Source of the DNA: Antechinus flavipes
Lineage: Eukaryota
Direction of reading: 5' to 3'
Assembly (NCBI RefSeq): GCF_016432865.1
Contig: NC_067401.1
Coordinates: forward strand, 467,232,001-467,296,000
DNA: 64,000 bases
In this document: piece by piece, positions 63,826 through 64,000 of the stretch
Numbering within the stretch: the stretch's first letter is position 1
Layout of the letters: the number at the start of each line of letters is the position of its first letter
Position numbers and translations under genes: made by a program
The notes under the pieces: generated by a model
Database searches by the model: none
Seen by the model: the letters and a program-made list of their open reading frames with translations, nothing else
Told to the model about the DNA's origin: nothing

Positions 63826-64000
63826 GAGAAGTGACTGATGAAAGAGACATTTTGAAGGTAATATATGTAGACCCATATATGTACTCTATATTATGGCTTA
63901 CCATCCAACAATTCTCTTGTGCACAAGGTTAGAATGGCGAAAACTATCAAATGTTTTGCTGAATTCTGGTTTTAAACAGATTTAGCAGATTAAACTATTA

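Larger units (their letters stand above)
30230..64000 (-). other. FGGY: FGGY intron upstream of the exon (probably intron 6)
   Basis: AG acceptor at 30231-30230. The preceding exon (RSLCSLVCKWTY...) was not found by eye in 30230-64000. Confidence 0.6.

Overview
This is AT-rich mammalian genomic DNA. The repeat content (WSINE1 and Mar1-type CORE-SINEs, BovB RTE LINE, abundant MIR/L2/L3, marsupial-type L1 3' ends) points to an Australasian marsupial, probably a dasyurid; that is an inference. The window appears to lie inside the large FGGY gene (FGGY carbohydrate kinase / D-ribulokinase) on the minus strand. Only one coding exon is recognisable (30102-30229). It has intact AG/GT splice sites but is 128 nt long, so it carries a 1-nt frameshift relative to the human-type reading frame. 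The rest is intronic: a decayed BovB with a nested solo LTR, four solo ERV LTRs with target-site duplications (TSDs), L1/L2/L3 fragments, SINEs, microsatellites and three assembly gaps. Structures not explained by ordinary repeats are a ~1.1 kb foldback with ~430 bp arms (18290-19426), a six-copy ~168 bp tandem array (6525-7533), ~33 bp arrays grown from L3-type tails, a ~165 bp direct duplication bracketing L1 fragments, and a 117 bp MITE-like hairpin. I found no prokaryotic features, CRISPR arrays, tRNA or rRNA genes. Coordinates of old repeats and all identity estimates are by eye and approximate.
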